A stretch of DNA of 39,576 bases, from positions 1 to 39,576 of IMG/VR virus record IMGVR_UViG_3300021961_000232, one strand, 5' to 3'. Position 1 is the stretch's first letter; each line of letters opens with the position of its first letter. The translations under genes and the position numbers were made by a program. The notes beneath the pieces were generated by a model that saw only the letters and a list, made by a program, of their open reading frames with translations, did no database searches and was not told the DNA's origin. This stretch comes from a virus (Duplodnaviria > Caudoviricetes). Below, in pieces: positions 1-7,164 of this stretch.

Positions 1-58
1 TGGGGTAGGGTGGGGGTGTGATTGATGGCGCCGGGAAGGGTGCCGGAAAGGTAGGCTG

Positions 59-325
59 ATGATGGAAGATTGGGAGCGCGATATCGCGGCGGCGTGGAAG
101 GAGGGCGTGATCCTGCGGGATAATGGGACGCGGCACGATAGTCCGGAGTGGGCGCGGCGGGAGCGGTTCGCGGTGGCGCTGTCGGAGAAGTGGACGCCGG
201 GTTGTCTTGCGAGTCGGGCGATCCTGCGGGCGTACATCCTTGGGGTGATGGGTTGCGAGTGGCACGTTGTCCCGGCCCTGCGCGAGGGTGTCAACGCCGG
301 TTCGATTGACGGGGTGATCGCGTGA
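59..325 (+). CDS. Hypothetical early protein
   Basis: 88-aa ORF whose stop overlaps the next start (GTGA). A TAGGCT -10-like hexamer lies just upstream, so the start may be 59 or 62. Confidence 0.55.
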   Translation: MMEDWERDIAAAWKEGVILRDNGTRHDSPEWARRERFAVALSEKWTPGCLASRAILRAYILGVMGCEWHVVPALREGVNAGSIDGVIA

Positions 326-603
326 TTGCGGTTACGGCGGTGCCCGCCATCGGCGGCGGCGTGATGGTTCGCGGCGCGCGTGGCCGGTTCGTGGGTGTCC
401 TGCGCGATGCGGTGCCGGTCGCGGAGGGGTTCCGAATGGTTGGCGGCCGGCTGTTTACGGTGACGCGGCTGCCTGACGCGCCGGTGCCGGCGTGGGCGTG
501 TAAGCGGCGCCCGGTGGGGAAGTCGCAGCACGGGAAGCGTGGCGGGTACCGCGAGGGTTCGCGGGAGAAGTGGGCGGCGCGGGCGGTGGCGTTCGCCCGC
601 TAG
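322..603 (+). CDS. Hypothetical basic protein
   Basis: 93-aa ORF translationally coupled to the upstream ORF. Confidence 0.5.
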   Translation: MIAVTAVPAIGGGVMVRGARGRFVGVLRDAVPVAEGFRMVGGRLFTVTRLPDAPVPAWACKRRPVGKSQHGKRGGYREGSREKWAARAVAFAR

Positions 604-610
604 TGTGGCC

Positions 611-658
611 GGGGGCGGGCTGGTGCCCGTGCCGGGGTTCGATTCCCCGGCGTCCCCA
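611..658 (+). ncRNA. tRNA-like mini-element lacking an anticodon arm
   Basis: GGGGGCG(611-617) pairs with CGTCCCC(651-657), followed by A658. The T-arm is CCGGGG-TTCGATT-CCCCGG (632-650). A short GGC-TGGT-GCC hairpin sits between the two. Confidence 0.55.
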
Positions 659-749
659 TTGGAACGACCTAGGATCGGCGGAGTGCGCCCGGAGGGCAGG
701 AGGAAGGGAGGGGCGCGCCTTCGGTGGGGTGGGAATGTTTGCGAAAGGT

Positions 750-791
750 TTACGGATTCTTTACAACGGGGCCGGAATCGTCCGGTAGTCT
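750..791 (+). promoter_or_regulatory. Putative early promoter with phased TTAC repeats
   Basis: TTAC at 750 and 761; -10-like TAGTCT at 786-791. Confidence 0.5.
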
Positions 792-831
792 TGGAGTGTG
801 GCCGCCGGGAAGGGTGGCCGGAAAGGGAATC

Positions 832-1650
832 ATGACAACGCTCAACGCAGAAACGCTAGCCCGCGTTCGTGCCACGTTCGCGGCCGTCAACGTGCACTAC
901 CCGGCGAAGTCGCCCGGCGCGCTGCTCACCTTCACGAATCCGAAGGTCAACAAAGAGGCAACCGAGCGCGGCTACATGCCCGCCATCCTGCACCTCGCGC
1001 CTTCCACTATGGTCGGCGCGGACCTCTGCCAATGGGCTACGCCCGAGTGCCGGGCCGCGTGTCTCAACACGGCGGGCCGGGGCGGCATCGGCCTTGACGC
1101 TAGCGGGTGGAACGTGATTCAGGCCGCGCGCATCCGCCGCGCCGCCGCCATGCTCCTCACGCCCGACGACTTCGCCGACCGCCTGACACGGGAGATCACC
1201 GCCCACGCGCGCCGCGCTCGCCGCCACGGCCTCGCGCCCGCGCTCCGCCTCAACGGCACCAGCGATCTCCCGTGGCACCGCACGATGCCCGACGTGATCG
1301 CTCACGCGCACGCCGAAGGTTGCACGCTGTACGACTACACGAAGCGCGTCACTCCCGACGCCGCCGACTACGGCATCGATCTGACGTACTCCTACCCCGG
1401 CGGCAACGGCGCCGCCGCCCGCCGCTACCTCGCCGCGGGCCAGCGCGTGGCCGTCGTGTTCAGCACCCGCAAGGGTCACGCCCTGCCCCGCGAGTGGCAC
1501 GCCCCGTGGGGCGAGGCGGTCCCCGTCATCGATGGAGACGCGCACGATCTCCGCTTCATGGATCCCGGCGGCGTTATCGTCGGGCTCCGCGCGAAGGGCA
1601 ACGCCCGCCGCATCACCCCCACCCCGACCGGCTTCATTCAGCAGGGCTGA
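832..1650 (+). CDS. Gp88-family phage protein (Cys-motif, radical-SAM-like)
   Basis: Motifs HLAP, CQWATPECRAAC, RLNGTSDLPW, YDYTK, VIDGDxHDLRF and GLRAKG match the Gp88 family as I recall it. GAAAGGGA RBS precedes ATG832. Confidence 0.75.
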   Translation: MTTLNAETLARVRATFAAVNVHYPAKSPGALLTFTNPKVNKEATERGYMPAILHLAPSTMVGADLCQWATPECRAACLNTAGRGGIGLDASGWNVIQAARIRRAAAMLLTPDDFADRLTREITAHARRARRHGLAPALRLNGTSDLPWHRTMPDVIAHAHAEGCTLYDYTKRVTPDAADYGIDLTYSYPGGNGAAARRYLAAGQRVAVVFSTRKGHALPREWHAPWGEAVPVIDGDAHDLRFMDPGGVIVGLRAKGNARRITPTPTGFIQQG

Positions 1651-1667
1651 CCTGTAAGGAGAACACC

Positions 1668-1820
1668 GTGGCACACGACAACCTCCCCGAACACCCCTAC
1701 GACCGACCCGACTACCACGGCACGCCGTGGCCCGGCTCGCCCGAGGCACGATCCTACCTCGCCAATCCCGACCATCCCGACGACTACGAACCCGATACGG
1801 AGGACGGCCCCGATGCTTGA
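1668..1820 (+). CDS. Small acidic hypothetical protein (50 aa)
   Basis: AAGGAG RBS before GTG1668; reads MAHDNLPEHPYDRPDY... Confidence 0.6.
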   Translation: MAHDNLPEHPYDRPDYHGTPWPGSPEARSYLANPDHPDDYEPDTEDGPDA

Positions 1821-1902
1821 CACCGACGTCATCATCATCACCGCCATGATCGTCGGACCCGCCCTGCCGATCCTCTTCCTCTGGGCCGTACTCTCCCGAT
1901 AA
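1813..1902 (+). CDS. Small membrane peptide (29 aa)
   Basis: MLDTDVIIITAMIVGPALPILFLWAVLSR; overlaps the upstream stop; below the ORF-track cutoff. Confidence 0.5.
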   Translation: MLDTDVIIITAMIVGPALPILFLWAVLSR

Positions 1903-1905
1903 TCC

Positions 1906-1958
1906 TTACGAAATCTTTACGGAACCCAAACAAACAAACCGAAAAACTAGGTTATGAT
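1906..1958 (+). promoter_or_regulatory. Putative early promoter
   Basis: TTAC at 1906 and 1917, AAAC at 1928; -10 TATGAT at 1953-1958. Confidence 0.6.
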
Positions 1959-1980
1959 GAGGGTACACCGAAAGGAGGGC

Positions 1981-2199
1981 ATGGTGCCCGACGACCAGAC
2001 CGACGCGCAGCACCTGCTCGCGCGGTGGGACAACCTCATGCGCGACGAGGCGGCCCGCATCTACAAGGACGCTCCGCTCCCGAACGGACACCGGGCGCGC
2101 AGGGCCGAGGTCTCCGACGCGCTGGAGGCGCTGGGCTGGGACATCAACCCCGACGTGTCCGGCCTGCCGACGTGGAAGTACTACGGCACCCCGTCGTAA
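1981..2199 (+). CDS. Hypothetical protein
   Basis: AAGGAGG RBS before ATG1981. Confidence 0.65.
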   Translation: MVPDDQTDAQHLLARWDNLMRDEAARIYKDAPLPNGHRARRAEVSDALEALGWDINPDVSGLPTWKYYGTPS

Positions 2200-2202
2200 C
2201 CC

Positions 2203-2244
2203 TTACAAAGTCCGAACAATCATGCCGCAAACCTGTGGCATGAT
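2203..2244 (+). promoter_or_regulatory. Putative early promoter (extended -10)
   Basis: TTAC at 2203, GAAC at 2214; TGTGG-CATGAT with the hexamer at 2239-2244, followed by AGTACACACCC. Confidence 0.6.
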
Positions 2245-2278
2245 GAGTACACACCCCGATCCATGGAGGGATCACCAC

Positions 2279-2701
2279 ATGACCAGCATCGACCTGCACG
2301 ACATCGACACCGCCGACCCGGACATCCTCCGCAGGCAGGCGCAGCGCCTCAAGGACGACCTCACCCGCATGGGTCAGCACGTCTCCAACCTCGCCGGGCT
2401 CGTCGACCACCTCGCCGAGGACGACGACACGGTCGCGCGGATCCGCGAGTGGTGCGCCGATGACAACGCCGTCATGCTCACGGTCCAGCAGTACACCGAC
2501 GTGAACCTGCGCTCGGAGTACGAGGTCCGCGTCACCGTCCCGGTCACCATCACCGTCGTGATGGAGGCCGTCAGCGAGGACGACGCCCGCGAGAACGTCT
2601 GCGAGTACCTCTCCAACGAGGTGACCGTCAGCGTCAGCGGCGCCGACGAGTGGGACTACGACGCCTACGACGCCGAGCCGGAGTACGTCAACCCGGCCTA
2701 G
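2279..2701 (+). CDS. Acidic hypothetical protein (140 aa)
   Basis: GGAGG RBS before ATG2279; strong GC3 codon bias; D/E-rich. Confidence 0.75.
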   Translation: MTSIDLHDIDTADPDILRRQAQRLKDDLTRMGQHVSNLAGLVDHLAEDDDTVARIREWCADDNAVMLTVQQYTDVNLRSEYEVRVTVPVTITVVMEAVSEDDARENVCEYLSNEVTVSVSGADEWDYDAYDAEPEYVNPA

Positions 2702-2717
2702 CACAAAACCAAAACCA

Positions 2718-2778
2718 TCCGGCATACCGCACTGATGAGCGCCGGACGAAACGCCCGCCACCACGGGGGCGTCTGCGG
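2718..2778 (+). ncRNA. Hammerhead ribozyme (type I topology, pseudoknotted)
   Basis: Stem I CCGCA(2727-31)/TGCGG(2774-78). Core CTGATGA(2732-38) and GAAA(2748-51). Stem III CGCCC/GGGCG. Cleavage triplet GTC(2771-73). Loop II GCCGGA(2741-46) pairs with TCCGGC(2718-23). Confidence 0.92.
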
Positions 2779-2779
2779 A

Positions 2780-2916
2780 CAGGTCAACGCGCGCAGTTGG
2801 CACTGATCCTGCGAGAACCACGACCCTCTGCCAAGGGGTCAAACCGGCAGGCAGACGCCGGGTAATGTATAGAACCCGAGAGTATTAGACGGGATTAGAC
2901 GCTAGCCGCGGTTCTC
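2780..2916 (+). ncRNA. Unrecognised structured RNA with complementary (kissing) loops
   Basis: Closing stem GAGAACC(2813-19)/GGTTCTC(2910-16). Hairpins 2822-2840 and 2844-2861 carry complementary TCTGCC and GGCAGA. A third hairpin CCCG/CGGG spans 2875-2893. Confidence 0.55.
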
Positions 2917-2945
2917 AACAACACACCCCGCACGAAAGGAACAGG

Positions 2946-3173
2946 ATGGACACCACGCACTACATGGAGGGGCGCAAGTGCTTCGCCCCGCTGGAGAAGT
3001 ACATTGAGCGGACCGCCCCGGAGTGGCGGGACACCGTCCGCCGTCTGCCGTGGGAGTACATGGGCCACGACGACAAGGGCAACGCCCACTATCGGGAGCG
3101 TGAGGAGGGCAACCGCCTCTGCCTCAACCCGAACGGACGCCTCGGCGCCATCCACGCCGAGCGCGAGATCTAA
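2946..3173 (+). CDS. Hypothetical protein
   Basis: GAAAGGA RBS; 75-aa ORF. Confidence 0.7.
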   Translation: MDTTHYMEGRKCFAPLEKYIERTAPEWRDTVRRLPWEYMGHDDKGNAHYREREEGNRLCLNPNGRLGAIHAEREI

Positions 3174-3212
3174 CAAAACCCAAACAAACAAAAACAAAAC
3201 CTGTGGTACTGT
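3171..3212 (+). promoter_or_regulatory. Putative early promoter (extended -10)
   Basis: TAAC at 3171, AAAC at 3182; TGTGG-TACTGT with the hexamer at 3207-3212, followed by AGTACACACCC as at the 2203 promoter. Confidence 0.6.
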
Positions 3213-3242
3213 AAGTACACACCCGAAGAAAGGAGAACGACC

Positions 3243-4235
3243 ATGAGCCACGGCATCATGGAGAACGACCACGCCTTCTACGGCAACAGGCAGCCCGCGT
3301 GGCACCGCCTCGGAACCGTCATCGACGAGGACGTGGTTACCAGCAAGGAGGCCATGCGCCTCGCCCGGTTGGACTGGACGGTGGAGCAGTACCCCGTCTA
3401 CGCCCACCTCGTCATCAGCGACGACGACGAGGTGCACGAAGTCGCCGTCCCGAACAAGGTCGCCAACGTCCGCATGGACACGCGCGAGCCGCTGGGCATC
3501 GTCACCCCCAACTACCACGTCGTCCAGAACAGCGAGGCTTTCGACTTCTTCGACGAGATCATCGGCCGGGGCGACGCCCACTACCACACCGCCGGCAGCC
3601 TGTACAACGGCCGCAAAATCTGGGCTCTGGCCCGCCTCAACCGGGAGATCCTCATCGGCGGCGACCCCGACGAGGAGATCACGCCGTACGTCTGCCTCGC
3701 CAACGGGCACGACGGCAACACCGCCGTCAGCGTGTACACCACGCCCATCCGGGTGGTCTGCCAGAACACGCTCCAGTGGAGCATGAAGGAGGCCAAGAAC
3801 ATGTGGAAGGGCAGGCACACGCAGAACATCAAGCAGAAGACGAACGACGCGCGCGACGTGCTGGGATTCAGCAACGAGTACTTCGACAACCTCCAGACCA
3901 TCGGCGACCGGCTGATCAACACGCCCATGTCCAACAAGGACTTCGTCGACATGCTGGAGACGCTCGTCCCCCTGCCGACCATCGACCCCGACCAGAACAC
4001 GCGCGGCCTGACCATCGCCGAGAACAAGCGCAGCGACATCACGGCGGCGTGGCAGGTGGACAACATCGCCAACATCAAGTACACCCGGTGGGGCTTCGTG
4101 CAGGCCGTCGCGGAGTACGTCGACTGGACGAAGACGCACCGCAGCGACGACCGCTTCGTCGACCAGAACCTGCTGGCGAACAACCAGACCCGCACCTTGA
4201 AGGACAGGAGCCTTGACCTCGCCCTCTCCTTCTGA
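3243..4235 (+). CDS. DUF932/DUF945 family phage/plasmid protein
   Basis: Motifs AWHRLG, VVQNSEAF, TAGSLYNGRKIW, LANGHDG and TPIRVVCQNTL; AAGGAG RBS. Confidence 0.88.
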   Translation: MSHGIMENDHAFYGNRQPAWHRLGTVIDEDVVTSKEAMRLARLDWTVEQYPVYAHLVISDDDEVHEVAVPNKVANVRMDTREPLGIVTPNYHVVQNSEAFDFFDEIIGRGDAHYHTAGSLYNGRKIWALARLNREILIGGDPDEEITPYVCLANGHDGNTAVSVYTTPIRVVCQNTLQWSMKEAKNMWKGRHTQNIKQKTNDARDVLGFSNEYFDNLQTIGDRLINTPMSNKDFVDMLETLVPLPTIDPDQNTRGLTIAENKRSDITAAWQVDNIANIKYTRWGFVQAVAEYVDWTKTHRSDDRFVDQNLLANNQTRTLKDRSLDLALSF

Positions 4236-4244
4236 CGCCTCGCA

Positions 4245-4276
4245 CCCCCGTCCCGGTCCACGTCCCGGGGCGGGGG
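4245..4276 (+). terminator. GC-rich hairpin, possible terminator without U-tract
   Basis: CCCCCGTCCCGG/CCGGGGCGGGGG stem 10 nt after the DUF932 stop. Confidence 0.45.
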
Positions 4277-4372
4277 GCGACCCCGCCGAAGAGCGGCGCT
4301 TGCGTTTGCGTGAGGCGGCTCGCAAAATCATCGCTGAATACAACGTAAAACCCAAAAGAAAGAGGTAACGAT

Positions 4373-4720
4373 ATGTGGGTATTCTCCCGCATGGGTTTCT
4401 TCTCTGTCGTAGAGAACAGAAACAACACCGAAGAGGTGATGGTTCGCGCGCGCTGCATCGACGACATCACCCGCTTGGCGCTAAGGCTAGGCAACAGCGC
4501 GATTACCCAAACACCGACGGCCGATTACCCGTACCGTCTGACCTGCCCCAAGACAGCGTGGGCAAACATCATGTATGACACGGCAGAAGACATCGACTAC
4601 GATAACTTCAAGAACACCATCACGGACGATCCGCTGCGTTCGGCCTGCTACTCAGAGGTGTGGTTCGCCGCGATGATGATTGACGACAGGCAGTTCGACG
4701 AACACAGAGTGGTAGGCTAA
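4373..4720 (+). CDS. Conserved phage hypothetical protein
   Basis: Pattern MWxFxxxGFxSVV...VRAR...DYPYR...IDYxNFK; GAGG RBS. Confidence 0.75.
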   Translation: MWVFSRMGFFSVVENRNNTEEVMVRARCIDDITRLALRLGNSAITQTPTADYPYRLTCPKTAWANIMYDTAEDIDYDNFKNTITDDPLRSACYSEVWFAAMMIDDRQFDEHRVVG

Positions 4721-4724
4721 GGAC

Positions 4725-4892
4725 ATGGATAAGAAAAAGAAAACCACGCGCAAGAAGGATTACTTCATCGACACAGAGGGGTTGCCGCCCGGATTCGCAA
4801 GGATTAACTTCGACTTCAACGGCAACTACGAGAAGGAGTTCAAGCGCAAGCCGGAGCCCAAGCAAAACCCCGGCAACAAAAAGGAAGACTAA
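4725..4892 (+). CDS. Small Lys-rich hypothetical protein (55 aa)
   Basis: MDKKKKTTRKKDYFIDTEGLPPGF...; starts 4 nt after the previous stop. Confidence 0.5.
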   Translation: MDKKKKTTRKKDYFIDTEGLPPGFARINFDFNGNYEKEFKRKPEPKQNPGNKKED

Positions 4893-4898
4893 ACCCAA

Positions 4899-5048
4899 CA
4901 CACCCACCCGTCCGTCGCGTGATACGCTGCGCTGGCGGGTAGGGTGTGACCCGCTGATGACGGCAGCGTTTCTTCCTTTCCGCTGTCGATGGACGCGCCA
5001 GTCCTCCCCGCCCTCGCCGGTCCTTCCCTCCTAGCCGGCGGGGGCGGG
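4899..5048 (+). ncRNA. Three-hairpin element with pyrimidine-rich (anti-SD-like) loops
   Basis: Stems at 4899-4948, 4961-4988 (loop TTTCTTCCTTTC) and 5007-5048 (14 bp, loop TCCTTCCCTCCTAG). Confidence 0.4.
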
Positions 5049-5056
5049 TGTCATCC

Positions 5057-5099
5057 GAACACAATCCTTACAAACACGCCCCAAACCGTGAGGTACGAT
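5057..5099 (+). promoter_or_regulatory. Putative promoter of a leaderless transcript
   Basis: GAAC at 5057, TTAC at 5068; -10 TACGAT at 5094-5099, 6 nt before ATG5106, with no RBS. Confidence 0.55.
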
Positions 5100-5105
5100 A
5101 AGAGT

Positions 5106-5546
5106 ATGGACACACCCCACACTCATCCCCAACACCAAAACTACGCTGACGAGGAGCCTCGCCTCAGCCAGATCGAATCGATTGTCTGGGAGCGCCTCTC
5201 GTTCTCAGCCGAGGCGGTCGCAGACCTTGACGAAGCCATCCGCGTCATGGTTAGCGGCATGCTGTCCCGCTGGGGCATCGCCGTTGACCGCAGGGACATT
5301 GAGATTCGCATCTCATGTCGCCGCAGCGTGGAGAACATCACGCTCAACGGGCGCCCCCGCAAGCGACTCAACTTCCACAACATCGCGGCACACACCGCAA
5401 CGAAGGACACCTTCATTAGCACCAGCAGCACGCTGCCCCACGATCACATGGTCTTCATGCGCGGGGCAACGCATACCGGCAACTACTTCTCCATGAGCAT
5501 CGTGCAGGACTACGACAAGGGCCGCTTCGTTTCCGACAAGGATTAG
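5106..5546 (+). CDS. Hypothetical protein
   Basis: The start was moved to ATG5106 because the upstream part of the ORF overlaps the hairpins and promoter. Confidence 0.65.
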   Translation: MDTPHTHPQHQNYADEEPRLSQIESIVWERLSFSAEAVADLDEAIRVMVSGMLSRWGIAVDRRDIEIRISCRRSVENITLNGRPRKRLNFHNIAAHTATKDTFISTSSTLPHDHMVFMRGATHTGNYFSMSIVQDYDKGRFVSDKD

Positions 5547-5547
5547 C

Positions 5548-6039
5548 ATGGACATCACACTTGAAAACTGGGAGTACGACTGGGCCAGCCACGTCGGCGT
5601 CCGCCGCATGCTCGCCCGCATCGACTCGCCCAACGCCAAACACTACGCCGACGACGACAGGCGCCAGATCGAACTGCTCGCCACCATCGCCAGCGCATGC
5701 TGCGAGATGGCAGTAGCCAAGTGCTACAACCTGTACTGGTCCGGCCATTACTGGGACTCGCGCGACCACGGCGACTACAAGCACCTTCCCGACGTGGGCG
5801 GTGGCACCGAGGTCAGGCGGGTACGCAAGGCGGGCGCACCGTTCGCCGTCCGTATGCCCGAGGTCCGCGCCCAAAAGACCATGGTCGCCGCCTTCGCGCA
5901 CGACCCGGACTACCGCACCATCACCGTGTACGGCAGCATCAGGGCTGACGTGGCGTGGGAACTGTCCGAGCCGTCCGACTTCGACCCCGAGGGCACGCGC
6001 TACTGTGCCCTGTCCAACCTGACCAGCAAGATCGCATGA
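5548..6039 (+). CDS. Phage hypothetical protein, possible degenerate PD-(D/E)XK fold
   Basis: EMAVAKxxNLYW...PDV...EVR pattern; tightly packed in the operon. Confidence 0.6.
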   Translation: MDITLENWEYDWASHVGVRRMLARIDSPNAKHYADDDRRQIELLATIASACCEMAVAKCYNLYWSGHYWDSRDHGDYKHLPDVGGGTEVRRVRKAGAPFAVRMPEVRAQKTMVAAFAHDPDYRTITVYGSIRADVAWELSEPSDFDPEGTRYCALSNLTSKIA

Positions 6040-6464
6040 AGAAAGTAACCAAGGTTTACCTTCGTGGCACGTTCGACGCGCCGACCAAGCGCGACTGGGG
6101 CGGACGCCCCGCAACGTACAAGCACTTCGCACCCGACGACACCCTCTACTACTACGACCACGACACCAGTAAGTATCGGTGCATCGTGGACGACAAGGGA
6201 GCAAGGGGCTTCGTGACCACCACCGACAACGGAGCCGAGTTCCTACCCCACGATTATTACGACCTACTCTCATACGATGCGGCCCGAATCATCTGCCACA
6301 AGGCAGGAGTGTTCCTACCCAAGCCGAACCACAAGCGCGACGGGCACCGCTGCCCCCCACCCCTGTTCACCATCGACACCCCGACCAAGACACGACCGGC
6401 ATGGAATCGAAGCGCCATCCTGCGCCACATCGACGAGTGCCTGAGGAGAAAGAAGAATGCCTGA
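6036..6464 (+). CDS. Hypothetical protein (possible C-terminal DNA-binding domain)
   Basis: ATGA overlap with the upstream stop; C-terminal PPP...AWxRSAI segment. Confidence 0.6.
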   Translation: MKKVTKVYLRGTFDAPTKRDWGGRPATYKHFAPDDTLYYYDHDTSKYRCIVDDKGARGFVTTTDNGAEFLPHDYYDLLSYDAARIICHKAGVFLPKPNHKRDGHRCPPPLFTIDTPTKTRPAWNRSAILRHIDECLRRKKNA

Positions 6465-7164
6465 CTACATCGACGCACCCGACCTCCCCGACGCCGAGCG
6501 CATCAAGGCGCTGCGGGATCTGCACAACGAACTGCGCACGCCCCACCCCAGCCTCGTTGAGACGAAGCCCAAAGGCGGAACCAATCTTTCATACGTCGGC
6601 CACGCAGCCGTCACGGAAATGCTGCTCCGCCACGATCCCCTGTGGGACTGGCAGCCGCTGGGCACCAACATGGACGGGTCCCCCATCGTTGACCGCAACG
6701 CCGACGGCAGGCCCATCGGCATGTGGATCACGCTGCGCATCTTCGACCACACCCGCATCGGGTACGGCAGCGTTGAGCCCAACGACCGGCGCTCCGACGG
6801 CGACCTGATCAAGGAGATCATCGGTGACGGCATCCGCAATGCCGCAATGCGGTTCGGCATCGCTCTGAACCTCTGGTCCAAGAACGACCTTGAGGTTGCC
6901 GCCCCGGAGGAGACGCCACACGACAAGGTCATGACTCAGGCCAAGGGATGGACGAAGGCCAAGCGCGACAAGATCAAGGCTGATCTTACGACGCACGGGA
7001 TCATTGACAACCCGGCCAATTTTGAAGAGTTCGCCAGCAGCGTCGTCTACGCAGCCAAGACCCTGAACGACGAGATGCTGGTCAACGACATCGAAGGCTG
7101 GCTCGCCACCCACAACGAGAAGAAGATCGTCAAGGATCTTGAGGAGATCGCTACCGATGAGTAG
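6457..7164 (+). CDS. Rad52/Rad22 (Sak)-like single-strand annealing protein
   Basis: LSYVGHAAVTEML...W.W...GYG...KEIIGDGIRNAAMRFGIALNLW; lies next to an exonuclease and SSB. Confidence 0.85.
   Translation: MPDYIDAPDLPDAERIKALRDLHNELRTPHPSLVETKPKGGTNLSYVGHAAVTEMLLRHDPLWDWQPLGTNMDGSPIVDRNADGRPIGMWITLRIFDHTRIGYGSVEPNDRRSDGDLIKEIIGDGIRNAAMRFGIALNLWSKNDLEVAAPEETPHDKVMTQAKGWTKAKRDKIKADLTTHGIIDNPANFEEFASSVVYAAKTLNDEMLVNDIEGWLATHNEKKIVKDLEEIATDE

Noticed and set aside
611-658. attP site or functional decoding tRNA
   Set aside because: There is no anticodon arm and no integrase in the window; it is kept only as a tRNA-like element.
2895-4355. Long antisense ORFs (e.g. 2895-4355, 856-1749, 17168-18523, 29537-30958, 31986-33575)
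   Set aside because: These are shadows of genes with recognisable motifs on the opposite strand, expected from high GC and codon bias; they have no RBS or motifs of their own.
4951-4995. Second hammerhead suggested by CTGATGA at 4954-4960 followed by a stem
   Set aside because: The stem is followed by GATGG rather than GAAA, and no stem I/III with a NUH triplet could be built.
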